Source: Candidatus Latescibacterota bacterium (GTDB lineage Bacteria > Latescibacterota > UBA2968 > GCA-2709665). From it: DNA of 64,000 nucleotides. Location of the stretch: contig OZ250150.1 in assembly GCA_965237675.1 (NCBI GenBank), forward strand, positions 3,328,001 to 3,392,000. Reading direction: 5' to 3'. Positions 45,065 to 54,293 of this stretch are shown here, one piece after another. The position numbers and the translations under genes were made by a program. The notes below the pieces were generated by a model that did not search any database, had not been told where the DNA came from, and saw only the letters and a list, made by a program, of their open reading frames with translations. Numbering within the stretch: the first letter of the stretch is position 1; each line of letters begins with the position of its first letter.

Positions 45065-46741
45065 ATGGACCTTCTAAAAAATCCCTTCCATATTCTAACC
45101 GCTACTCCCCGAGACAATCGACGAAGGATTATGGAACTGGCAGATGAACGTGATCTGCTACTAGATTCGAGTGCATGTATACAAGCGCGTTCTGATTTGA
45201 CAAATCCCCGAAAGAGACTCTTTGCCGAAATCGCGTGGTTGCCAGGATTGAGCCCAAAACGCTCTACCGAAGTGTTGCAGTTGTTGGAATCAACGGGAGA
45301 GGATCTCGACATGAACAATTGTGCGTTCTTTTCGGATACTCTCGGATTGGGAAAAACGACCCCCACCGCTCGTACCAACTTGCTTGCCGCCTGGCTATCC
45401 CGTTTGCCTGATTACTCGCCAGACGAAGTTGCGGAAAGGATTCTCGAAATTGCCTGGGCCTTTGAGGATATCAACTCAGAAGCGCTTCGCACAACCATCA
45501 ACGACGAACGCATTGTGTCCAGTTTCCCCGAAATAACAGATCTGTCGGCGGTAGAAGTGGAAATACAGAATCTGCGTCGATATTATCTTCAGGTCATCGA
45601 ATCGGCCTTGGACAATCTACCGACTAACGAGCTTGTCGAAGCGGTGGCCGACGTGGTTGAATCGGCAACAGACAATGGAGACGATCACGGGCCAATGTTG
45701 ATTGATGACCTAGTCGGATGGTATGAGCTAAGTGTTCAGGAGCCACTTAACAAGGAAGAAGGAAATATCAAGGCATTGGTCGAGAAGCTCCGAATGTCGG
45801 CTGACGGAGAACTCCCAGACTCTACGTTGGCCCCCATTATCAACGAACTCATTCGGGTCGTCAAAAACTGGGACAAGGTTGCGCAGCCGATCCAAGTCAA
45901 CACAAAGAGCCGGGGATTGGACCATAATGCAAGTCATCAGGTGGCCGATCTTGTGCGAGGATTGGCAATCCACCTTTCCAACGAACACGGCAAGCTCGGT
46001 TTCTCACGACAGCTTATGGGGATGCTGCAAGAAGTGTTCGCAGAGGTTGTTGAAGTTGCCGAGCGCACCGCTGAAGACATAAGTGCACTGGATGATATCG
46101 CCGAGAAAATTGACGACGAAAAAAAACGGGCAGAAGAATGGCGCAAAGAAATCACCTATGAGGCCGACATAGGCACACTCTTTAAACAAAAGCTCCGAAT
46201 TTCACCTGAAGGTATCGAATGGAAAGGATGTCAATGGGATCTTGATTCCATTACACGGGTTCGTTGGGGAGGAACACGACATTCAGTAAACGGCATTCCC
46301 ACCGGAACAATCTACAGCGTTATTTTCGGTGACGACTCTGACTACGCTTCCATTAGGTTGAAAAAGGAGGCCATCTACAGCGATTTCATAGACTGTTTGT
46401 GGCGGGCTGTTTGTGTGAGGTTGTTAACCGAGTACCTCAATTACCTGCGTGACGGCGGGAAAATTACATTCGGCTCCGCCGTAGTGACGGACCACGGGTT
46501 GGAGTTGGAGCGCAAGCGGCTATTTTCAAGCAATGAGCTAGTTTTTTGCCGATGGTGTGAACTCGTAATGTGGAACCACGCTGGCGTCTTCTACACAGGA
46601 AAAAAAGGTGACAAGAAGCTGGCTTCTGCTTTCTCATATCAGGAAGATGACAATATACACATACTTGAAGCCATGATTCGTATGTTGCAAAAACAGGGTG
46701 GCAACAGATTGAGTAGCATCTTGGGGAATAACAGCGAATGA
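45065..46741 (+). CDS. Hypothetical 558-aa protein: J-domain-like N-terminus (no HPD), helical middle, two PH-like C-terminal segments
   Basis: Long clean ORF. N-terminus NPFHIL...A..DLTNPRKRL resembles J-domain helices I and IV. C-terminus LRISPEGIEW...W.L..I..V and VVTDHGLEL...RW.EL. Confidence 0.75.
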   Translation: MDLLKNPFHILTATPRDNRRRIMELADERDLLLDSSACIQARSDLTNPRKRLFAEIAWLPGLSPKRSTEVLQLLESTGEDLDMNNCAFFSDTLGLGKTTPTARTNLLAAWLSRLPDYSPDEVAERILEIAWAFEDINSEALRTTINDERIVSSFPEITDLSAVEVEIQNLRRYYLQVIESALDNLPTNELVEAVADVVESATDNGDDHGPMLIDDLVGWYELSVQEPLNKEEGNIKALVEKLRMSADGELPDSTLAPIINELIRVVKNWDKVAQPIQVNTKSRGLDHNASHQVADLVRGLAIHLSNEHGKLGFSRQLMGMLQEVFAEVVEVAERTAEDISALDDIAEKIDDEKKRAEEWRKEITYEADIGTLFKQKLRISPEGIEWKGCQWDLDSITRVRWGGTRHSVNGIPTGTIYSVIFGDDSDYASIRLKKEAIYSDFIDCLWRAVCVRLLTEYLNYLRDGGKITFGSAVVTDHGLELERKRLFSSNELVFCRWCELVMWNHAGVFYTGKKGDKKLASAFSYQEDDNIHILEAMIRMLQKQGGNRLSSILGNNSE

Positions 46742-47056
46742 GAATCAGAAATACCAAACTTGGATTTTCCAGTCTAATCAGTTTGACATCGAATTCGAGA
46801 GATTTCGTTCAGCCTGAAACTTATAAAGCGTCCTACATTTCTTGGGCAGCAGTCGCACTAAATACAGTGTTCGCGTTACTGTATTTGACAATATCTCCAC
46901 CACCAGTTCGGTTGTAGAATGTTGATTAGGGTGAAGTCTGTGTATGGGGTGATTGCCTTCTTGCATTTCAGAAGCAACCGGAGATGGTTCTTGAAGTCGC
47001 CGCACAAATGCAAGGGAAAAATTAAAGTGCCGTGGCTGCGATTTCTTGACTTCCAA

Positions 47057-47911
47057 CTAAGCAGCATCGCCGATTCTTTTCTCCGCGGATTCCACGGTCT
47101 GGGTGATTAGCGTGGCGATAGTCATGGGTCCAACGCCACCGGGCACCGGGGTGTATGCCGCGCATCTGTGGACGACTGCCGAGAGTTCCACATCTCCGAC
47201 AGGGCCCGGATGGAAACCGGCATCGATGACGACGGCGTTATCTGCGATCCAGTCGGCTTTGATGAATTCCGGTTGCCCCACGGCGCCAACGACAATATCG
47301 GCAGCGAGGACAATTCGGGGAAGATTTCGGGTTCTGGAATGGCAGATGGTCACGGTGGCATTGGCATTCAGCAGCATCATAGCCAGTGGTTTACCCAGAA
47401 TAGGGCTTCGACCGACGACAACGGCGTTTCTGCCTTCCACCGGGATATCGAAATGCAGAAGAAGCTTCATGATGCCTGCGGGTGTTGCCGCGCCGTAGGC
47501 TGACGCTCCCATAGCCATCAGACCGAAACCGTGTGCCGTGACACCGTCCACGTCCTTTTCGGTCGAGATCCGGTCGAAGCACGCGCGTTCGTGGACGTAG
47601 GCGGGAACCGGGTGCTGCAGAAGAATTCCGTGCACGTCGGGATCGGCGTTGAGCTTGTCGATCTCGGCCAGGAGTTCGCGTGTGGTCGTTTCTTGCGGCA
47701 GCAGGACTTTCAATGAGTCCATGCCCACCCGTTTGCAAGCGTTGCCCTTCATTCGCACGTAAGTGGCTGATGCGGGGTCGTCTCCAACCAGGATGGTGCC
47801 CAGAACGGGAACCTGACCGCCCGCCCTTCCCTTAATACGTGCCACGCGGCCTTTCAGTTCAGTTTCAATCTGTCTGGCAAGCGATTTGCCATCCAGGACT
47901 GTTGCTGCCAT
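47057..47911 (-). CDS. folD: Methylenetetrahydrofolate dehydrogenase/cyclohydrolase FolD
   Basis: YVRMK (YxxxK), [26 protein letters not shown]; GGGAGG RBS. Confidence 0.96.
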   Translation of the reverse strand: MAATVLDGKSLARQIETELKGRVARIKGRAGGQVPVLGTILVGDDPASATYVRMKGNACKRVGMDSLKVLLPQETTTRELLAEIDKLNADPDVHGILLQHPVPAYVHERACFDRISTEKDVDGVTAHGFGLMAMGASAYGAATPAGIMKLLLHFDIPVEGRNAVVVGRSPILGKPLAMMLLNANATVTICHSRTRNLPRIVLAADIVVGAVGQPEFIKADWIADNAVVIDAGFHPGPVGDVELSAVVHRCAAYTPVPGGVGPMTIATLITQTVESAEKRIGDAA

Positions 47912-48031
47912 CGCGCCTCCCTTTGCGACCATACATTCTGGCACGGATTCGGTGGCCTCACCGCGTCGAAGTCTGCTCATCGGGTAACGGGCGGCGGCCC
48001 CCTCGCTCCGAAATCCACCCTCAGCGAATCC

Positions 48032-51000
48032 CTAAGTTTCCTCGCACCATGCTCGGGCGTTCTGGAAGATCTGCAGCCAGGGCGAAGCGCTCAGGCAATT
48101 CTTCCAGGATTCCGGCATCCAGCCCCATTGCCATTTCAAAAACGCTCGTTCTGGATGCGGCATCATCGCCAGGTGGCGTCCGTCAGGGGAACAAAGGGCG
48201 GCGATGCCGTGCGGAGAGCCGTTGGGATTGAACGGATAGGATTCGGTTATGCAATTGCCGTCGTCGATGTACCTGACGGGGGCCAGGTTGTTCCGGATGA
48301 CACGGTCGAGCGTTTCCGGTCTGGGAAAATGGATCCGGCCCTCTCCGTGGGCAACCCAGATGCCCAGGGAAGCGCCGGCCATGTGCTTGAACATCACAGC
48401 CGGGCTTTCCTGGATCTGTGCGGTGACGAAGCGTGATTCAAAACGCCCCGATGTATTCTGGATAAAGCGCGGTTGAAACTCGGTCTTGGTTCCCGCCCAG
48501 GGCACCCACCCGAGCAGGGCCATCAACTGGCAGCCATTACAGACTCCCAGACTGAATGTGTCAGTTCGTTCGTGGAACGCTTGAAACTGATCCCGGAGAC
48601 GCGGACTGAACCGGATGACCCCGGCCCAGCCCTTGGCGGAGTCCAGGACGTCGGCATAACTGAATCCACCCACAAAGGCAACGCCTCGAAAGCCGTCAAG
48701 TCGGATCCGATCGGCCTGAAGATCGGACATCGTCACGTCCCAGGGTTCCAGGCCCGCGGCGTGGAACGCAGAGGCCATCTCACGGTCACCGTTGCTGCCT
48801 TCCTCGCGAACGATGGCAACAGGAATCTTTGTTCCGGATTTCAGAATTTCTGGCGCTGTCGGCGCAGGCGTAAACGGAAGGGTGTATCGGGGCCCGGTGC
48901 GCTGTCTCAGCGTCAGCCGTTCCTGATCTACGCACTGCGGGTTCGCCTGCAGCCGTTCGAGACGGTAGCTCGTTTCCTCCCACAGGTCGCGCAGAGTCTC
49001 CATGTCGTCGTCGAGTACGGTCATGCCGTTCAGGGCGATACGGACCGAAGTGTCCGCCGTGGTTTTTCCAATGGGAATACATGGCACGTCCGCGGCATTG
49101 AGGGTTTCGAGAACGTGGCGTACTTTGTTGGCGTGCACCTCGAAGACCAGGCCCATCTCCTCGGAAAAGAGAGACGAGATCGGATCTGAGGATGTCGGGA
49201 GATCGATCCGGATGCCGCAGTTCCCGGCGAAAGCCATTTCGAGCATAGCAGTGAGGATGCCGCCGTCGCTCCGGTCGTGGCCCGCGGCCACGCTGTTTTC
49301 GGCAATGAGTTGTTGCAAGGCGTTGAAGGCGCGTTTCAGCAGACCGGGGTCCTCCACGTCGGGCGGCGTATCGCCGATCTGGCTATAGACCTGGGCAAGG
49401 GCCGAGCCTCCCAGGCGGGTTTTACCGTCGGCAAGGTCGATGTAGAGCAGGCGCCCCGCTTCGGGGAGTTTCAGGTCCGGAGTCACGACTTTGGTCACAT
49501 CCGGACAGGTTACATAGGCCGAAATGACAAGGGCCCCAGGCGCGGTCACGGTCTCTCCGGTCCCGCCCGGGCCGGGTGCCAGCGCGGCCATTGAGAGACT
49601 GTCTTTCCCGCCGTCTATAGCGATACCCAATTCAAGCAGGAAATTCACCAGCGACCTGGCCGCATCGTAGAGCGCGGCGCCCTCGCCGGGTAGTTTCGCC
49701 GCCCACATCCAGTTTCCTGAGCATTTCACGTCTTCCAGCGCGCTGACCTGGGCCCATACCAGATTGGTTAGCGCTTCCCCGACACTCATCCGAGCCATCG
49801 CGGCGGGGTCCAGGAGTCCGATGACGGGTTGTTCCCCGATGGCAGTGGCGGCACCTGTTATGCCGAAGTGGCTCTGCGCGATCACGGCCACGTCCGAAAC
49901 CGTGAGTTGGAGAGGACCGGCGCACTGCTGCCGGGCAACCAGGCCGGTGACGCTTCGGTCGACCTTGTTGGTAAGAAAACGCTTGGAGCCAACCGACACA
50001 AGGCGCAGCACTCTCTCCAATGCGGACTTTACGGTAATGTCCTCGGGAAGAACCAGAGGCGCCAATTCGGTTGGCCTGCGGTACAGTTCAAAGTTTTTGC
50101 GAGGCATGTCGCCCAGCACTTTTTCCAGTTCCAGGTCGACGGGGGTGGTGTCGTCGGTTTCGTCGTAGAGGACGATTCTTCCGTTTCCGGTTACGTGGCC
50201 GACGAAGGCCGCCTTTATCTTTTCCCGCCTGCACAGGTTCTTGAACGCGTCCGCGTGTCGGGGATGCAGAAGCAGGGCGTCGTTTTCCTGGTATTCGGCG
50301 CCCCAGATCTCCAGGACAGAAAGCGACCGGTCACCGACGGGCAGGGCACGAACGTGTATGCGGGCGCCTTCGGGCGCTACGATTTCCTTGAGAACGTTAC
50401 AGTTACCGCCGGCCCCCTGGTCGTGGATGCTGACGATGGGGTTCTCCGCGCCCATTTCCACGCAGGCACGAATGACCCGGTTCACTTTCTGCTCCATTTC
50501 GGCATCGCCCCGCTGCACGGCGTTAAAGTCCAGTTCCGCTGTGTTCTCACCCTGGACCATCGACGAAGCCGCCCCGCCCCCCATCCCGATGCGGTATGCA
50601 GGGCCACCGAGTTTGACCACCCACATCTTCTCTTCAGGGGTTCCTTTCCGCGTGTGCCGGGCGTCAATCTGGCCGATACCACCGGTGAACATGATGGGTT
50701 TGATCCATTCGCGGCGCTGGCCGTCAGGCAGTCGAAGACCGAAGGCGCGGGTATAGCCCTGGATGAGTGGTTCGCCGAATTTGTTACCGTAGTCGGACGC
50801 GCCGTTACTGGCTTCAATCTCGATCCGGAGGGGGGAGGCGAAATTGTCGGAATATTGAAACGAGGGGTCCTCCCAGGGCATTTCATAGTCCGGGATACGC
50901 AGATTGCCCACGCAGTAGGCTGCGGTACCTGCAACGACAAGGGCGCCGCGCCCGGCGGCATGTACGTCCCGGATGCGGCCTCCCGTACCGGTTTCGGCAC

Positions 51001-51988
51001 CCGGGAAGGGCGCCACCCCGGTGGGAAAGTTATGAGTTTCCGCGGTGAAAATGATGTGATAGTTCGGTTCTGAAGCGGCGAATGGACCGGGTTCACCGGG
51101 CCTGGCGGGCATGATGGTTCTTGTGGGATAACCTCTGATACCGCTTGCATTGTCCCGGAACGCGATGGTGCTGTTGCCGGGACTGGCCTTCAGGGGTTGT
51201 TGAATCATACCCAGGAGATGTTCCGGCATTTCCTCACCGTCGATCGTCAGCCGACCCTGGAAGAACCAGTGCCGGGAGTGTTCGCTGTTGGACTGTGCAA
51301 TGTCGAAACACTCCACGTTGGTGGGATTTCGCCGAAGGTGGTCCAGAAAGAGGTCGGTATAATAGTCCAGATCCCAGTCGTCAAATGCCAGCCCCCACGC
51401 TTTGTTGATGCGTTCCAGCGCCGGCCTGCCTTCCTGAATGAGCGGAACTTCGAAGACGGGCTCCGGTTTTACGCCGGTCTCGAACGTGGCCAGCGGCGAG
51501 GCGAATTCGCATTCGGTCATGCGGTCGTGGATTGTTTCCAGAAACGCGGATTGTCGTTCCCGCGTCAGGCGAGGCCTCAGTAGATAACGCCTCGACCTTT
51601 CAATGCGTGTGATCTTCGTCAGGTCGCAGGCATGGCAAATGGAAACGGCATTCGTAGACCAGGCCGTGCTGAAGGTCAATCGTGGTCCCACTTCGAGAAC
51701 CGTACCGTCGGTGCCCAAAAATGGCGTCGTGTTGAGTTTTTCGGGCTCAAAGGTCTCGCTCAGGAGCCAGGCGAGTCGCTCCCGTTCTTCGGACGTCAAC
51801 GTGCCATCCAGTTCGACATAGATACATGCTTCGGTTTCGAGCCCCTCAATACGGGGCCAGATGCTCTGCCTGACCTGGCGGAGCAGGTCGCCCGTTTGCG
51901 TCCGGGAGAGGTACGGCCAGCGGTATAGATGAAGAAGGCCCACGGGCAGTTTCAATTCCTTTCCGGCGTTGACAATTGGGACGAACAC
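48032..51988 (-). CDS. purL: Phosphoribosylformylglycinamidine synthase, large single-chain type
   Basis: NSEHSRH, AETHNFP, IHDQGAGG, GGKDSLS, HDRSDGG, GGFSYAD, GVCNGCQ, MMPHPER; start uncertain. Confidence 0.96.
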   Translation of the reverse strand: MFVPIVNAGKELKLPVGLLHLYRWPYLSRTQTGDLLRQVRQSIWPRIEGLETEACIYVELDGTLTSEERERLAWLLSETFEPEKLNTTPFLGTDGTVLEVGPRLTFSTAWSTNAVSICHACDLTKITRIERSRRYLLRPRLTRERQSAFLETIHDRMTECEFASPLATFETGVKPEPVFEVPLIQEGRPALERINKAWGLAFDDWDLDYYTDLFLDHLRRNPTNVECFDIAQSNSEHSRHWFFQGRLTIDGEEMPEHLLGMIQQPLKASPGNSTIAFRDNASGIRGYPTRTIMPARPGEPGPFAASEPNYHIIFTAETHNFPTGVAPFPGAETGTGGRIRDVHAAGRGALVVAGTAAYCVGNLRIPDYEMPWEDPSFQYSDNFASPLRIEIEASNGASDYGNKFGEPLIQGYTRAFGLRLPDGQRREWIKPIMFTGGIGQIDARHTRKGTPEEKMWVVKLGGPAYRIGMGGGAASSMVQGENTAELDFNAVQRGDAEMEQKVNRVIRACVEMGAENPIVSIHDQGAGGNCNVLKEIVAPEGARIHVRALPVGDRSLSVLEIWGAEYQENDALLLHPRHADAFKNLCRREKIKAAFVGHVTGNGRIVLYDETDDTTPVDLELEKVLGDMPRKNFELYRRPTELAPLVLPEDITVKSALERVLRLVSVGSKRFLTNKVDRSVTGLVARQQCAGPLQLTVSDVAVIAQSHFGITGAATAIGEQPVIGLLDPAAMARMSVGEALTNLVWAQVSALEDVKCSGNWMWAAKLPGEGAALYDAARSLVNFLLELGIAIDGGKDSLSMAALAPGPGGTGETVTAPGALVISAYVTCPDVTKVVTPDLKLPEAGRLLYIDLADGKTRLGGSALAQVYSQIGDTPPDVEDPGLLKRAFNALQQLIAENSVAAGHDRSDGGILTAMLEMAFAGNCGIRIDLPTSSDPISSLFSEEMGLVFEVHANKVRHVLETLNAADVPCIPIGKTTADTSVRIALNGMTVLDDDMETLRDLWEETSYRLERLQANPQCVDQERLTLRQRTGPRYTLPFTPAPTAPEILKSGTKIPVAIVREEGSNGDREMASAFHAAGLEPWDVTMSDLQADRIRLDGFRGVAFVGGFSYADVLDSAKGWAGVIRFSPRLRDQFQAFHERTDTFSLGVCNGCQLMALLGWVPWAGTKTEFQPRFIQNTSGRFESRFVTAQIQESPAVMFKHMAGASLGIWVAHGEGRIHFPRPETLDRVIRNNLAPVRYIDDGNCITESYPFNPNGSPHGIAALCSPDGRHLAMMPHPERAFLKWQWGWMPESWKNCLSASPWLQIFQNARAWCEET

Positions 51989-52782
51989 TAGGTTTGCAGT
52001 AGTTCCGGTAAGGATCTGATGGTCCGATCCGGACGAATCTCACCGTCTTCAGGCAGTCCCGTTCCCCGGGCGTCGTACCAGATGCAGTAGATGCCCAATT
52101 TCTGCGGAACGGCGACCTCCCACTCCAGGTTGTCGCCGACCATCCACGCATCCTTGGGGGTGGCGTTTAGCAGGTGCAGCGCATCCCTATAGATGCGAAT
52201 ATCGGGTTTACCGTATCCACATTCTCCTTCGATGAGGATAGCGTCAAAGAAGGGCTCCAGATTGAATCTGCGTATCTTTTCCCTCTGGGGCTTGGCACCA
52301 CCGTTGGTCACGAGGGCCATCCGCACGCTGCCGTCCCGAAGAACGCGAAGGGTTTCGAGGGCGCCGGGAAAAGGCTGGATCGTCTTCCTGCGCTCACGGT
52401 CGTAAGATTCGCCAATGGTGCCCGCCAATTCCCAGTCGTCTATGGCAAGTCGGCGCAGGGCATGGTGGGCGACACGCTGATACGCAAGGGGCATATTCTG
52501 GCGGTTCGCCCGGTGCCGTTCGGGATCGCCCCAAAACCACGTACGGGCTTCGTTGAGCGTCCTGTACAGCTCCTCTGCGCTCGTCCCGTCAATCTGGCTG
52601 GCCGCCTGGTCAGAGACCCGTTTCCAGCACGGTTCCGCATACGTGGAATAGGAGATGATGGTATCATCTAGGTCGATAAGCATCGCGCCGGGCAGGCGCA
52701 AAACAGAGACCCTTGCAATGGTCGAACCCGGGGTTGAATCTAACGTTGAGCCGCCTCTGGAGGCCGAGCGATGAGATCGCAC
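51988..52782 (-). CDS. HAD-family hydrolase
   Basis: DLDDT motif I, VTNG, GKPD, MVGDN; true start probably downstream of 52782. Confidence 0.88.
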   Translation of the reverse strand: MRSHRSASRGGSTLDSTPGSTIARVSVLRLPGAMLIDLDDTIISYSTYAEPCWKRVSDQAASQIDGTSAEELYRTLNEARTWFWGDPERHRANRQNMPLAYQRVAHHALRRLAIDDWELAGTIGESYDRERRKTIQPFPGALETLRVLRDGSVRMALVTNGGAKPQREKIRRFNLEPFFDAILIEGECGYGKPDIRIYRDALHLLNATPKDAWMVGDNLEWEVAVPQKLGIYCIWYDARGTGLPEDGEIRPDRTIRSLPELLQT

Positions 52783-53060
52783 CGACGCGCGGGCGTCCGA
52801 TGTAAAATTAAGGCGTTGCCGAGTATATTGCTAATTTATTATTTTGATATAATCAATAAAAATGTTTTATCAATCCATCATCCTGTCGTATCTGGATGAG
52901 AGGATTCCTTCCAATTCATCGAATCGTAATACTTGAAACGACGCGTCGATGAGAATGTGGTGTCTGCCGCGGTCGCTCGCGTCGAAACCCCGCTGCCGGG
53001 TGCATCCATACCGGCGTCTATTTTCCACGACGACCCAATATGCACCGATACCAATTCTGG

Positions 53061-53089
53061 TTGACAACCTGGCTTGGCGGTCATATTTT
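53061..53089 (+). promoter_or_regulatory. sigma70 promoter upstream of the AKR leader
   Basis: TTGACA-17-TATTTT. Confidence 0.6.
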
Positions 53090-53117
53090 CTGTGCGGTAT
53101 CCGAGCGATACCATTTT

Positions 53118-53168
53118 CGGCCTTCGAAGGAGTCGCCGGGAGGGAGCCTTCGAGGGCCGTTTTTTTTT
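53118..53168 (+). terminator. Intrinsic terminator within the AKR 5' leader
   Basis: 13-bp stem CGGCCTTCGAAGG/CCTTCGAGGGCCG (one G-U) followed by T9. Confidence 0.7.
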
Positions 53169-53196
53169 CGCGGCGTTGGACAGGTGCGAGGTGGCC

Positions 53197-54150
53197 ATGG
53201 AGCATCGGGCGCTTTTCAGGGGCGGTCCCCTGATTTCGGAGGTTGGATTCGGCGGTGGGCCGCTCCGGGGACTGGACTGGGGGCCCGTGAACGACGAAAC
53301 GTCGGTCCGTGCCGTTCACAGGGCTCTGGATGTTGGGGTGACATTTTTCGATACCGCGGACGCATACGGGAACGGCCGCAGCGAGCGGGTGCTTGGAAGG
53401 GCGCTGGCGGGTAGACGAAACCAGGTTGTGCTGGCAACAAAGGGCGGCTGGTGGTACGTGGACGGTGCGCCTTATTGTAATTTTTCTCTGATCTACCTCT
53501 TCCGGTCCCTAGAGGCCAGTCTGAGGTGTTTGCGCACGGATTTTGTCGATTTATATCAGATCCACGATCCGGATATTGAGACCATTCGGCAGGGTCGTAT
53601 TTTCGAATTCCTGTTTCGTATGAAACGAGCGGGTCAAATCCGATTCGCAGGGGTGTCTATAAATACCGTTGAAGAGGGACGGCTTTGCATCGAATCCGGT
53701 TGTGTGGATGTGATCCAGGTCTATTACAATATTCTGGACCAGCGTCCCGACCCCGAGTTGTTTGAAGCGGCTCGGCAGGCCGGGGTCGGGACAGTGATTA
53801 AGGCGCCGCTGGCAAGGGGTCTGCTAAGCGGGAAATACCGTGCGGATTCCGATTTTCCGGACGTGGATTTCCGAGCATGTTGGCAGAAGGACGGGCGATT
53901 GCAGCGAGCCATACGGCAGGTGGCCAGGGTGGAGGCGCTGGTGGGCGACCGTAGCCCGGCGCTGGCGCAGACAGCACTGCGATTCGTGTTGAGTCATCCG
54001 GCCGTGTCGTGTGTGATTCCCGGCGCCAAAACACCGGAGCAGGCCGAGGCTAACGCAGCGGCATCGGAAATGGGTTCGTTGGATGAAGCGGATGTAGCCG
54101 CTTTGAAGGCGCTCTACGGAGAGATGGACGGACCGGTTGACGCATGGTAG
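53197..54150 (+). CDS. Aldo/keto reductase
   Basis: FFDTADAYG.G.SE, LATKGG, SL..L.TD.VDLYQIH, PLARGLL, VIPGA; GAGGTG RBS. Confidence 0.93.
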   Translation: MEHRALFRGGPLISEVGFGGGPLRGLDWGPVNDETSVRAVHRALDVGVTFFDTADAYGNGRSERVLGRALAGRRNQVVLATKGGWWYVDGAPYCNFSLIYLFRSLEASLRCLRTDFVDLYQIHDPDIETIRQGRIFEFLFRMKRAGQIRFAGVSINTVEEGRLCIESGCVDVIQVYYNILDQRPDPELFEAARQAGVGTVIKAPLARGLLSGKYRADSDFPDVDFRACWQKDGRLQRAIRQVARVEALVGDRSPALAQTALRFVLSHPAVSCVIPGAKTPEQAEANAAASEMGSLDEADVAALKALYGEMDGPVDAW

Positions 54151-54222
54151 AACCCCAAGAATGGATTGGGTATGAGCCCACGCTCGCCCGGAGCCTGAGG
54201 ACGACAAACAACGATGAGAAAC

Positions 54223-54283
54223 GGCATCCACAAAAGAACACAGGCGGGGTCTTGCACCCCGCCTGTGTTCTTTTGTGGATGCC
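54223..54283. terminator. Perfect 28-bp inverted repeat between convergent genes (probable bidirectional terminator)
   Basis: 54223-54250 is the exact reverse complement of 54256-54283; loop CTTGC. Confidence 0.8.
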
Positions 54284-54293
54284 ACGTGCAGAT

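Noticed and set aside
47912-48031. ZTP or THF riboswitch upstream of folD
   Set aside because: Consensus elements of the pfl/ZTP and THF aptamers were not found.
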